Of a DNA stretch of 64,000 bases, positions 1 through 9,493 are shown piece after piece. The DNA lies in contig OZ223300.1 in assembly GCA_965140705.1 (NCBI GenBank), forward strand, positions 1,760,001 to 1,824,000, given 5' to 3'. A program made the position numbers and the translations under genes. How positions within the stretch are numbered: the stretch's first letter is position 1; each line of letters opens with the position of its first letter. The DNA is from an uncultured Arcobacter sp. GTDB taxonomy: Bacteria > Campylobacterota > Campylobacteria > Campylobacterales > Arcobacteraceae. The notes under the pieces were generated by a model, which worked only from the letters and a program-made list of their open reading frames with translations, did not search any database and was not told where the DNA came from.

Positions 1-254
1 TTACTTCCTCTACCTGATTTTAATAGGACAGGATTAAGATGATAAGAAGTGGGCACACCCAAAACCTGAGCTTGAAAATACTGAGCCACAGCAATCTCAC
101 TTCCATCATCACAAACATAGGCATTGTTTGATACATTTTGAGCTTTAAAAGGAGCAACTTTTACTCCTAAGTCTTGTAAAATCTTAGCTATTACAAAAGT
201 AATAGTTGATTTACCTGCATCACTTGATGTTCCAAAGATAGAGATGTTTTTCAT
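1..254 (-). CDS. cobQ: Cobyric acid synthase, N-terminal part (runs off the left edge)
   Basis: Manual minus-strand translation from ATG at 254: MKNISIFGTSSDAGKST...PFKAQNVSNNA...AQYFQA...LNPVLLK, the typical CobQ/CbiP N-terminus. Confidence 0.93.
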   Translation of the reverse strand, partial: MKNISIFGTSSDAGKSTITFVIAKILQDLGVKVAPFKAQNVSNNAYVCDDGSEIAVAQYFQAQVLGVPTSYHLNPVLLKSGRGS

Positions 255-749
255 TTACTTCAACCTTTGCGTAAGACCAAGTTTCACTTCATAAACTTCA
301 TCACAAATACTTGCTAGCTTTTGTCCTATGATTCCGCTTATATCCACATATTTACGACTAACTTTTTCAAAAGGGATAACTCCACTACTTACGTCATTTA
401 GTACAAAAACTATATTTGCATTTATTGATGCTAGTTTTTCTATTTCACATAAGAGTTCATCTTCGCTTTTTTCAAGGGCATTTAAAAGCCACATGGAGAT
501 ACAATCTACCAAATAAGTGTTGTCATCTTTGATGACCTTTGATAAATCAAATTTCTCTTCTATGGTTTCAAACTTATTAGCTCTTTGATTTTGGTGTTTT
601 AATACCCTATTTTGCATCTCTTTATCACCATAACTATTATCATAGGTTGCTATATAGTATGGCTTTTTATTTTTTGAGAGTTCTATTGTTTTCGTTTCTG
701 CAAGGGAGCTTTTACCTGATTTTTGTCCGCCATAATATAGTATCTTCAT
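255..749 (-). CDS. cobU: Adenosylcobinamide kinase / adenosylcobinamide-phosphate guanylyltransferase
   Basis: GGQKSGKS P-loop, YIATY, EMQNRVLKHQ, LVDCISMWL, NDVSSG; cob cluster context. Confidence 0.92.
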   Translation of the reverse strand: MKILYYGGQKSGKSSLAETKTIELSKNKKPYYIATYDNSYGDKEMQNRVLKHQNQRANKFETIEEKFDLSKVIKDDNTYLVDCISMWLLNALEKSEDELLCEIEKLASINANIVFVLNDVSSGVIPFEKVSRKYVDISGIIGQKLASICDEVYEVKLGLTQRLK

Positions 750-1348
750 TATAGTCCTAAAAAGTTTTTGATACCAGTAAATACAATTTGTGCTGCAAGT
801 GCTGATAAAAATAGACCTGTAATTTTTGATATTACTAATAAACCTTGTTTACCAATCACTTTTTCAATAATACTTGAAGCATAAAGCATAAAACCTATAA
901 CTAATACTGCACTTATCAAAGCCAAACTTCCCATAACCATAGAAGAAGTATCATTAAAAGTTGCACCCATTACAAGTAAAATACCAATAGTCCCAGGTCC
1001 TATTGTTACTGGAATTGCTAAAGGCACAACTGCTAGTTGAGAAATATCTTTATCGCCTACTTTCCCACTATCTTTATTACCTTTGATTAAATCAACAGCA
1101 GATAAAAACAATAAGGCACCAGCACCTATTCTAAAAGCATCAAGAGTTATTCCAAAGACTGCAAATATATGCTTACCAAAAAATACTAAAACTAAACTCA
1201 TAATAATCACTGAAATTGTAACTTTGATAGCTAAAGCTTTTCTCTCTTTTGCTGTTGCCTCATGGGTTACTGTCAAAAAAACTGAGAGTACAAAAAACGG
1301 TGTCATAATAAAAAACATTTTAAGAAATGTTGCTATAAAAATATCCAT
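749..1348 (-). CDS. MarC family integral membrane protein
   Basis: FGITLDAFRIGAG and VPLAIPVTIGPG motifs, about 6 TM helices. Confidence 0.9.
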   Translation of the reverse strand: MDIFIATFLKMFFIMTPFFVLSVFLTVTHEATAKERKALAIKVTISVIIMSLVLVFFGKHIFAVFGITLDAFRIGAGALLFLSAVDLIKGNKDSGKVGDKDISQLAVVPLAIPVTIGPGTIGILLVMGATFNDTSSMVMGSLALISAVLVIGFMLYASSIIEKVIGKQGLLVISKITGLFLSALAAQIVFTGIKNFLGL

Positions 1349-1351
1349 ACC

Positions 1352-2410
1352 TTATCCTAAGAAACTTTCAACTTGTTTGGTTATATCAGCTTTTGACAAA
1401 CCATTTAAAAGCCCATACATAAGAGCTCCTCCTGCACCAACACCCTCTTTTGCTTCACCTTCATCATATAACTTTAAAGCAGGATGAGTTGATAATGAAA
1501 AGTCAAAATCAGCATAATAAGCATCAATCTTAAAATCAAGTAATTCTATAAGTGCCTTAATATCACTTTTATCATCTTCTTTTATCCACTTTGTAGTACA
1601 CAATGCTAAATTTGAAGTATCAAATTCTCCACCCATAGTTCTTAAAATTGAGTTTACGATTAGAAGAACTGAAGCCATCTGAGTTCCACCTGCTAAGACA
1701 ACTTTTATTTTATTGTTTAGTCCTAAAATAAACCCAGCATTGAATATTTGCATATTATCTGATACACGTCCAAGTTTTGCAAAGATATCATCATCACTTC
1801 TTACATAAGATAACGCATTTTTAACTGTTTCATCTCTTATTGTTGTAGGAGAGTCTTTAAAAGAACTTGAAAAGAACTCTTCACAATCATAATCCAAGGC
1901 TTGGCAAGTAGCCCTAGCTGTTGTAGTACCACTTGGAACACTTTCACCTAAAATTATATAGTCATCTTGGCACTCATAAGTTTGACCAAAAGCTAATCCC
2001 TTTTGAAAAATATCAAGTGCATCTATTTTTGCATCAAGGGCTATTGATTTTGAGGGAGATATTCCAAAACTATGTGTCTTGAAATAATCTACTTTGGGAG
2101 AGACTTCAAGTCCTAAATCTAGAAGTTCTATATTTGAATATGGCTTTAAAAGGTGCACAGCTCTTGTAATAAGAGCAGGAGTTGGAACTCCACTTGGAGT
2201 TGTAGCTATTTCACCTAAACTTCGTAGTTCTCCTGTACACAAGAACTCACTATCAAGTGTAGGAGTTAAGTGTATCTTCCCTGGGATTCCAGCTTGTGTT
2301 AGACCAGCTATATTTACCGTTTGTGTATTGCTAAGGCTTAACATAAAAGTAGCCTTTTTGCCCCTTAAAAATTCTGCAAAATCAATCTTACCTATAATAT
2401 TTTTTACCAA
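1352..2410 (-). CDS. cobT: Nicotinate-mononucleotide:base phosphoribosyltransferase, TIGR00303 (archaeal/cyanobacterial-like) CobT
   Basis: TPTLDSEF, GVPTPALITRA, GESVPSGTTTA, LAGGTQM, YDEGEAKEGVGAGG. Confidence 0.85.
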   Translation of the reverse strand: MVKNIIGKIDFAEFLRGKKATFMLSLSNTQTVNIAGLTQAGIPGKIHLTPTLDSEFLCTGELRSLGEIATTPSGVPTPALITRAVHLLKPYSNIELLDLGLEVSPKVDYFKTHSFGISPSKSIALDAKIDALDIFQKGLAFGQTYECQDDYIILGESVPSGTTTARATCQALDYDCEEFFSSSFKDSPTTIRDETVKNALSYVRSDDDIFAKLGRVSDNMQIFNAGFILGLNNKIKVVLAGGTQMASVLLIVNSILRTMGGEFDTSNLALCTTKWIKEDDKSDIKALIELLDFKIDAYYADFDFSLSTHPALKLYDEGEAKEGVGAGGALMYGLLNGLSKADITKQVESFLG

Positions 2411-2418
2411 GTTCTTTC

Positions 2419-3201
2419 CTATATCAAATCTATAAATTTATTTTTAAAAATAATGTTATCATAATCTCTATTAGTCAAATGCCTTTTAACACAATAATAA
2501 AGTGAAGCATATCTTAAATAGATAATAAAATCATCTAGTTTTATCTCTTTATCATAAGCCTTTAAAAGTATATTTATCTCTTCTTTATTACTACACCATG
2601 ATAAAGCTACAACTGCCAAATCAAAGATAAAGTCACCCTCACAAGCATCACTAAAATCAAAGACACAAGTTAGTTTGTCTCCACAAAAAGTTGCATTATC
2701 TAAAAATAGATCTCCATGAATAATACCATCATTTTTAAGCTCTATTTTTAAAGAATCAAACTCCTCTTGAAATGCTTTATTACAAGTTTTTTCTATCATT
2801 ACTTTTAGTTGTGACTTACCAAAAGCTGATAAATTATCATGCTTTTTATTTTTTGTCATTTTATGAAAAGAGTTTAAAAACTGCCCTATTTGCTCTAAGT
2901 GAGTTGATTTTACAAACTCAACTACACTCTCACCCTTTGCTTTAGAAAAAACAAGACCTCTTTTGCCTTTTATAAAAATATCATCTTTTATGACTTTAGG
3001 GACACAAAGTTTTTTTGTATAGTTTAAAAGTTCAATCTCTGCATCAATATTAAAGAGATTTTCTTCTTCATATATCTTTAAAATATAATCATTATCCAAG
3101 ATATAAACAGTATGACTTTCTCCATTTTTTGTCTCTTGCAATGATTTTATATCAAAAAAAGGTTTTATATCTTCATAAAAAAGTTTAGTTTTTACTCCCA
3201 C
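2419..3201 (-). CDS. APH/homoserine kinase type II-like phosphotransferase (candidate L-threonine kinase)
   Basis: IIHGDLFLDN and VFDFSDA kinase motifs; likely GTG start at 3201 overlapping the bluB stop (TAGTG). Confidence 0.75.
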   Translation of the reverse strand: MGVKTKLFYEDIKPFFDIKSLQETKNGESHTVYILDNDYILKIYEEENLFNIDAEIELLNYTKKLCVPKVIKDDIFIKGKRGLVFSKAKGESVVEFVKSTHLEQIGQFLNSFHKMTKNKKHDNLSAFGKSQLKVMIEKTCNKAFQEEFDSLKIELKNDGIIHGDLFLDNATFCGDKLTCVFDFSDACEGDFIFDLAVVALSWCSNKEEINILLKAYDKEIKLDDFIIYLRYASLYYCVKRHLTNRDYDNIIFKNKFIDLI

Positions 3202-3824
3202 TATATGACCTTCATATCTTTCATTGATTTTCTTTTTTCCCACTCTAGGGTTAAAAGTTCTGGTTCATCTAAAAACTCATCCACATAACCAACTGTCAAA
3301 TAAGCTATAAGTTTATGATTTTTTTCTATATTTAAAATCTTTTTTACTCTTTTTGGTTTTAAAATACTTACCCAGCCAACACCAATATTATGAGCCCTTG
3401 CCATCAACCAAAAGTTTTGGATGGCACAAACTACACTATACTCACCCATCTTTTTTTGGCTTGTTTGCCCTAAGACTCTTTTATCACTTTTTTCATATAA
3501 AACTGCGATATTTAAGTAAGACTCTTTTATACCTTCAAGTTTTAATTTACTATAGAGTTCTTTATCTTTAAAAATCTCTTTTGCTTTTTCATTCTCTTTT
3601 AGGAAATCTTGATATATCTCATCTCTTTTTTTATCATCTTTTACTATCACAAATTTCCAAGGCTGAGAAAAACCAACTGAGGGAGCATCGCAGGCAGCTT
3701 GAAGGAGTTTATCGAGGGTTTTATCATCTATTTTTTTATCTAAAAATCTATTTCCTCTCACATCTCTTCTAGCTTTTATAATCTCATCTAAACATGCTAT
3801 ATCAGCAGATGTAAACTCTCTCAT
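3201..3824 (-). CDS. bluB: 5,6-dimethylbenzimidazole synthase
   Basis: RRDVR, APSVGFSQPW, YSKLKLEGI, YSVVCAIQNFWLMARA, GVGWVSIL. Confidence 0.95.
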   Translation of the reverse strand: MREFTSADIACLDEIIKARRDVRGNRFLDKKIDDKTLDKLLQAACDAPSVGFSQPWKFVIVKDDKKRDEIYQDFLKENEKAKEIFKDKELYSKLKLEGIKESYLNIAVLYEKSDKRVLGQTSQKKMGEYSVVCAIQNFWLMARAHNIGVGWVSILKPKRVKKILNIEKNHKLIAYLTVGYVDEFLDEPELLTLEWEKRKSMKDMKVI

Positions 3825-3890
3825 AACTCTTTTTTCCTCTTATTTGTTATATATAAACTTTATAGTACCATTGCATAAAAAAGAGAACTT

Positions 3891-4925
3891 TTGAAATCAA
3901 ATAATCAATTTAGTCATGGTGGTGATATTTTAGCTTTTAGCAAAAAAATAGGCTCAAAACCAAAAGAAATAATAGACCTATCTTCAAATATCAATTTTCT
4001 AAAACCAAATATAAAAACAGACCTAAATAATTTAGATATTTCAAACTATCCAACATATGAAAAACTATATAAAATAATAGCAAAAAAATATAGTGTAAAA
4101 GCTGATGAAATAGAACTTTTCAATGGTGGAAGTAGCGCAATTTTTTCATTCTTTAGATATATCGATTTAAAGCACTGTACAATATATTCTCCTGCTTATT
4201 TAGAGTACAAAAAAGCAGCACAAACTTTTGGATTCAAAATTGATTTGATAAATAGATTTGAGCAGATAAATAAAAAAGTAAAAAAGAACTCTTTAGTTAT
4301 CTTTGTAAATCCCTCAACTCCTGATGGTAAATATTATGATTTTGACAAACTATTTAACTCTTGGCTTGAAAAAAACTGCACTATTTTTGTAGATGAAAGT
4401 TTTTTAGACTTTACAAATAAAAAATCCATCATAAGTAAATTAAAAAGCTATGATAAGCTATATATTTTAAAATCTATGACAAAGATATATAGTAGTGCAA
4501 GTATAAGAGTTGGTACACTTATATCAAATGCCCAAAATATCAAAAAAATAAAAGAGAAAGAGCCTTTATGGAAGTTATCACATTTTGACTCTATTTATTT
4601 ACAAAATGCTATTAAAAACAGAGACTTCATAAGTGAAACTATCAAAATCACAAAAGAAAATAAAAAATATACTATCAAACACTTAGAAAAGTTTGATTTC
4701 ATAAAAAAAATATATAAAAGCCAAGCAAACTATTTATTACTGGAGCTTCAAGACTGCGATGCTCAAACCTTGCAAGATAAATTGATTTCTTACAAAATCA
4801 TGATAAGAGATTGTTCTAACTTTGATTTTCTAAATAACTCTTTTGTAAGAGTTGCAATAAAAGATAAAAAATCTATGCAAAAGTTTATAAAAGCTTTGAA
4901 AAATGAGTTTAAATGCATTTTATAA
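3891..4925 (+). CDS. cobD: L-threonine-O-3-phosphate decarboxylase (PLP, class I/II aminotransferase fold)
   Basis: HGGD...DLSSNIN, NPSTPDG, VDESFLDF, KSMTK, IRDCSNF; directly upstream of cbiB. Confidence 0.85.
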   Translation: MKSNNQFSHGGDILAFSKKIGSKPKEIIDLSSNINFLKPNIKTDLNNLDISNYPTYEKLYKIIAKKYSVKADEIELFNGGSSAIFSFFRYIDLKHCTIYSPAYLEYKKAAQTFGFKIDLINRFEQINKKVKKNSLVIFVNPSTPDGKYYDFDKLFNSWLEKNCTIFVDESFLDFTNKKSIISKLKSYDKLYILKSMTKIYSSASIRVGTLISNAQNIKKIKEKEPLWKLSHFDSIYLQNAIKNRDFISETIKITKENKKYTIKHLEKFDFIKKIYKSQANYLLLELQDCDAQTLQDKLISYKIMIRDCSNFDFLNNSFVRVAIKDKKSMQKFIKALKNEFKCIL

Positions 4926-5797
4926 CTGTTTTAGTAGCTTATTTTTTTGATTATATTTTTGGGGAATTGGAAAAAATAAAGTTCTTCAAACATCCAATTA
5001 TTTTTATGGGTAATTATATAAAATGGTTTGAAAAAAACTTTTATAAAGACTCTATAACAAGAGGTGTTACCTTAACACTTTCCTTGCTCAGTATAGTTTT
5101 TATTATCACATATTTTCTAAGTCTTTTTGATAATATTTTAGTCCAAGGATTTTTATGCTCTTTTGCAATCTCATCTAAAATGCTTTATGATAGTGTAAAA
5201 GAAGTTGTCCACTCAACTGACCCTAAACACGCTATTTCAATGTTAGTTAGTAGAGATACAAAGGATATGAATGAAAGTGATATAAATAAAGCTGCGGTTG
5301 AGACGTATGCTGAAAACTTAAGTGATGGAGTAATAGCTCCTATGTTTTATATCTTGCTTTTTGGACTTATTGGAGGTTTTATATATAAGGTTATAAATAC
5401 CCTTGATTCTATGGTTGGTTATAAAAATGAAAGATATGAGAATTTTGGCAAGTTTTCTGCAAAACTTGATGATGTAGTAAATTATATACCCTCACGAATA
5501 ACAGCTATTTTGATAGCTTTATTTTTCAACTCTTTTAATGCTTTAAAAAACTTTTATTCATATGGTAAACTCCATGATAGTCCAAATGCTGGGCACCCTA
5601 TTTCTGCTATGGCTTTAGCTTTAAAAGTAAAATTAGGAGGTCCAACTTCTTATTTTGGGAAAGTAAAAGAGAAAGCTTATTTTGGTGAAGGAAGAGAGGA
5701 AATATTAAAAGAAGATGTTCTAAATGCACTTAATTTTAAATCAAAATTTGATTCACTACTTTTACTTATGGCAATAATCTTTTTTTTATTAGTTTAG
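4913..5797 (+). CDS. cbiB: Adenosylcobinamide-phosphate synthase
   Basis: HPI, LVSRDT, ENLSDGVIAP, NTLDSMVGY, SPNAGHP. Confidence 0.95.
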   Translation: MHFITVLVAYFFDYIFGELEKIKFFKHPIIFMGNYIKWFEKNFYKDSITRGVTLTLSLLSIVFIITYFLSLFDNILVQGFLCSFAISSKMLYDSVKEVVHSTDPKHAISMLVSRDTKDMNESDINKAAVETYAENLSDGVIAPMFYILLFGLIGGFIYKVINTLDSMVGYKNERYENFGKFSAKLDDVVNYIPSRITAILIALFFNSFNALKNFYSYGKLHDSPNAGHPISAMALALKVKLGGPTSYFGKVKEKAYFGEGREEILKEDVLNALNFKSKFDSLLLLMAIIFFLLV

Positions 5798-7025
5798 TAT
5801 TTCCTCTAAACATACAGTGCAAATATGTACCAAATACTTTCTCTTTTTCCCAAGAGCCATATTTCCCAATAAGTGCTTTTGATTTAGACAATCTATCAAA
5901 ACCACTATTTTCATCAAGAGGTTTTGTATAGTGAAAAGCATGACCTTTTACACCCTCTTCATTGAAATAGTATCCCATCCTTTGAAACCTTTTCTCTTTT
6001 GTAAAACTTACATCTAGAATAGAGCTCATAGGTTTATCATCAACTGCAACTCCCAAATATAAAAGTCCAGCACACTCGGCATATATAGGCTTTTCTTGTG
6101 CATGTTTTATGAGTGAGGAATTGAAATTATGAGAATTTTTAACTCTTTCAAAGGCGGTGTCAGTCTCAATATAACCACCACAGATATAGACTATATCTGC
6201 ATCACTTGGAATAACTTCATCCTTTGTAGAATCTATGATAACTACTTCCTCAAATACCTCTTTTAAAAAAACTAAATTATCATGATATAAAAAAGAGAAG
6301 TTTACATCATGGACTATGGCTAATTTTTTATTCTGTTTTGGTATTTTTTCAAAGGGATAATTAGATTTGACCTTTTTATGCACTTTTGATATCTTTTCTA
6401 ATCTTTTCATATCAATATGTTCTAAAACATCTTGGCTTATTTTTTCTATCTTTCCTAAATCTTTTAAATCAAGTCCTAAATGTGTCTCATCTAAGGATTC
6501 CAAACCTTTTTTTATCCAACCTAAAACAACAATATCTTTAAAGTCTTTTTCTATTATCTTTTTTATTAGTTCATAGTGGGATTGTGAAGAAATTTTATTT
6601 AAAATTACAGCTTTTATTGTGTTATGTTTTTTATAGGTTTTTAATCCTTGTAAAAGGGCACTTACGGTTATATAACTTCCACTTCCATCAAGTAGAATAA
6701 CTGTAGGGATTTTTAAAAGTCTTGAAATATCATAGGCACTACTTTTTTTGTCATGTCCATCATAAAAGCCCATAACACCTTCACAAATAGAGATTTTTTT
6801 ATCACTATATTTTTCAAAAATCCATCTTATTTCATCTTTGCTCATCATATATCTATCAAGGTTTATACTAGGAGTTTGGCAAACTATTTTATGAAATTGA
6901 GGATCTATAAAATCAGGTCCCATCTTAAAAGGTCGAACTGATTCTTTGAAGTGATATAATAAAGCTGTCGTTAAGACTGTCTTGCCTTGGTTTGAAGCAC
7001 TTGCACTGATACATAAAGCTTTCAT
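5766..7025 (-). CDS. cbiA: Cobyrinate a,c-diamide synthase
   Basis: SNQGKT, FKMGPDFIDP, EGVMGFYDG, AECAGLLYL glutaminase cysteine motif. Confidence 0.92.
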   Translation of the reverse strand: MKALCISASASNQGKTVLTTALLYHFKESVRPFKMGPDFIDPQFHKIVCQTPSINLDRYMMSKDEIRWIFEKYSDKKISICEGVMGFYDGHDKKSSAYDISRLLKIPTVILLDGSGSYITVSALLQGLKTYKKHNTIKAVILNKISSQSHYELIKKIIEKDFKDIVVLGWIKKGLESLDETHLGLDLKDLGKIEKISQDVLEHIDMKRLEKISKVHKKVKSNYPFEKIPKQNKKLAIVHDVNFSFLYHDNLVFLKEVFEEVVIIDSTKDEVIPSDADIVYICGGYIETDTAFERVKNSHNFNSSLIKHAQEKPIYAECAGLLYLGVAVDDKPMSSILDVSFTKEKRFQRMGYYFNEEGVKGHAFHYTKPLDENSGFDRLSKSKALIGKYGSWEKEKVFGTYLHCMFRGNTKLIKKRLLP

Positions 7026-7029
7026 CTTA

Positions 7030-7986
7030 TTACCTTTTATTTCTTTTTATCAATAAGTACACAAAAAACGGAGCTCCAATAAAAGCAGTCACAACTCCAA
7101 TAGGTAAAGTTGAAGCTGTATTTAAATTTCTTGCAATCAAATCAGAAGCTACTAAAAAAACTCCCCCATAAAAAAATACTGGAAAAATAAGCTTATCTGC
7201 ACTCTTTTTATAAATCAGTTTAATAATATGAGGAATCACCAAACCAACAAAACCTATTGGTCCAACAAAACTTATACTTATCCCCACACTTAAAGATATA
7301 ACTATTAATAAAAGAAGATTTAACTTATGTACATTTAAACCTTTTAAAAAAGCTGTATCATTTGATATAAGCAAAAGTTTTATCTCTGACTTTTTCCAAT
7401 AAATAATACCATATAAAATTACACTTACAAGTAACAATGTTGTAACACTTGTAAATCCAACAGTATCTAAACTCCCTAAAGTAAACCGAACAATAGAATA
7501 ATTTTGTTGTAAATTACTCATATAAAAAACTAACATCAAAGCCGATGAATAGAAATATGATAAAGCAATACCTATAAGTAAAATAGAGTTTGTAGAGACT
7601 GAGATGGAGTTTTTATTTATTCTTTTTGAGATAAAATACAAAATTATAATCGTCAAAAGTGAACCAAAAGCTGATGAAATAGACATAATAACAGCTGGAA
7701 AAAATACAATAGAAATAGCTGTAAAAAGTGTGGTTCCACTTGCTATTCCTAGAGTATAAGGAGTAATAAGTGAGTTTTTAAATACTATTTGAAAAATCAA
7801 ACCACCCAAAGCTAATATTCCACCAACAAAAAATGCCAATAAAACCCTAGAAACTCTCAAGTCCCAAAAAACTTGGTTAGTCATAGTATTACTATTAAAT
7901 ATATCATTTATATTTAAACTTATCTCCCCTAAAAATGGAGCTATTAATAAAATAATTAAGGCCAATAGAAAAAGTAGTTTTTTCAT
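7030..7986 (-). CDS. btuC: Cobalamin/iron-chelate ABC transporter permease (FecCD/BtuC family)
   Basis: LRVSRVLLAFFVG, GPIGFVGLVIPH, LPIGVVTAFIGAPFF; B12 cluster context. Confidence 0.85.
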   Translation of the reverse strand: MKKLLFLLALIILLIAPFLGEISLNINDIFNSNTMTNQVFWDLRVSRVLLAFFVGGILALGGLIFQIVFKNSLITPYTLGIASGTTLFTAISIVFFPAVIMSISSAFGSLLTIIILYFISKRINKNSISVSTNSILLIGIALSYFYSSALMLVFYMSNLQQNYSIVRFTLGSLDTVGFTSVTTLLLVSVILYGIIYWKKSEIKLLLISNDTAFLKGLNVHKLNLLLLIVISLSVGISISFVGPIGFVGLVIPHIIKLIYKKSADKLIFPVFFYGGVFLVASDLIARNLNTASTLPIGVVTAFIGAPFFVYLLIKRNKR

Positions 7987-8681
7987 AGGTTAACTACCAA
8001 GTGTTCGTTGATTTTTATAATTGAATTATTATAAAACTTTTTTAAATTTTCATTTGAAAAAAACTCGTCATTTTCTCCAAAAAATTCAATCTTTCCTGAA
8101 TCCATATATAAAATCTTGTATTTTAAGGCATGGGCTAAATCTAAATTATGAGTTATGATAATTTTTTGTTTCAAAAAGTCAGATTTAAAGATATTAAAGA
8201 CCTCTTTTATCCTACTTATATCTAAATTTGCTGTTAGTTCATCAAAGATTGTAATTTGTGCATCATGCATAATACTAGAACCCAATAATAAAAGTTGTTT
8301 CTCTCCTGAGCTAAAAGTTGTGCAATATTTATTTTCTAATTTTTTTAAGTTTAATAGTTCAATGACCTTGTCAATCTTTTCATTATCCACATAAGCTATA
8401 CAAGATAGTTCTAAAAATTCTCGTAAGGTTATATACTCATCAAATATCTCAAATTTTGGTGGAATATAATTTATTAGAGTTGCTCTTTGTTTATCACTTA
8501 TATTTTCAAGATTTTGATTAAAGATTTTTACACTATTATTTTCTATTAGATTAGACAATACTTTTGCTAAAGTTGATTTTCCAGCACCATTGTGTCCAAG
8601 AATTATTAAATTTTCATTCTCTTTTATATGAAAAGAGATATCTTTTAAAATAGAACTTGTGTAGTTATTTATCTCTAACAT
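7983..8681 (-). CDS. btuD: ABC transporter ATP-binding protein (BtuD-like)
   Basis: GHNGAGKST Walker A, FSSGEKQ signature, IFDE Walker B, ITH. Confidence 0.8.
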   Translation of the reverse strand: MLEINNYTSSILKDISFHIKENENLIILGHNGAGKSTLAKVLSNLIENNSVKIFNQNLENISDKQRATLINYIPPKFEIFDEYITLREFLELSCIAYVDNEKIDKVIELLNLKKLENKYCTTFSSGEKQLLLLGSSIMHDAQITIFDELTANLDISRIKEVFNIFKSDFLKQKIIITHNLDLAHALKYKILYMDSGKIEFFGENDEFFSNENLKKFYNNSIIKINEHLVVNL

Positions 8682-9492
8682 TCTCTAATATCTTTTTAAA
8701 ATCTTGTATAAAATAGACAACCCTTTGACTAGGAATTCCTGCATATAATTTATCTACTGCATATACATTTTTATTTTTTGCTGCATTTATTGGTAAATCT
8801 AACCATAGTTTTTTTACCCTCTTTAGTTCTTCGCTTTTACCTTCAAAAAATGGTGCAAGTAAAATTATAACATCAGGATTCATTTTGATTATCTTTTCTG
8901 TATTTACTACTGGTTGTGCTTTACTTTTGGATTGAAAGGCATTTACATTTCCACTAGCTTTAATAATATCTTCAAAATACAAATAATTACCTGATACATA
9001 GATTTGATTTGAAAGTGATCTTTTAGGACTTATTACTATTAATATTTTTTTATTTTTTACTATTCCTTTTAGTGAAGCCAAAGAGTTATTGATATTTGAT
9101 ATCAACTCTTTAGCTTTTTCTTGTTTATCAAAATAATTTCCTAAACTAAAAATAGTATTGTTTATATCTTTTATACTATCTGTTTTGAAACTCAAAGTTT
9201 TAATATTAAGGTTTTTTAGATTTGTAAGCAGTTTTTCATCATAATTTTGAGCAATCACAACACTAGGATTTACCAATAAGATTTTCTCTAAAGAAATAGA
9301 AGCATATCCACCTACTTTTTTAACCTTTTTTGACTCCTTTGGAAAATCACAATATTTAGTATTTGCAACAACATCTTTACCAACACCTAAGGCATAGACT
9401 ATCTCATTTATAGAAGGAGTAAGTGTTACAATACGCTCACTTGAGTATAAATTTATTACTAAAACAATAAGTATTGATAAAAACTTTTTCAT
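8665..9492 (-). CDS. btuF: Periplasmic cobalamin-binding protein (helical-backbone receptor)
   Basis: Signal peptide, RIVTLTPSINEIVYALG, YCDFP, SLEKIL. Confidence 0.82.
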   Translation of the reverse strand: MKKFLSILIVLVINLYSSERIVTLTPSINEIVYALGVGKDVVANTKYCDFPKESKKVKKVGGYASISLEKILLVNPSVVIAQNYDEKLLTNLKNLNIKTLSFKTDSIKDINNTIFSLGNYFDKQEKAKELISNINNSLASLKGIVKNKKILIVISPKRSLSNQIYVSGNYLYFEDIIKASGNVNAFQSKSKAQPVVNTEKIIKMNPDVIILLAPFFEGKSEELKRVKKLWLDLPINAAKNKNVYAVDKLYAGIPSQRVVYFIQDFKKILENVRDK

Positions 9493-9493
9493 A

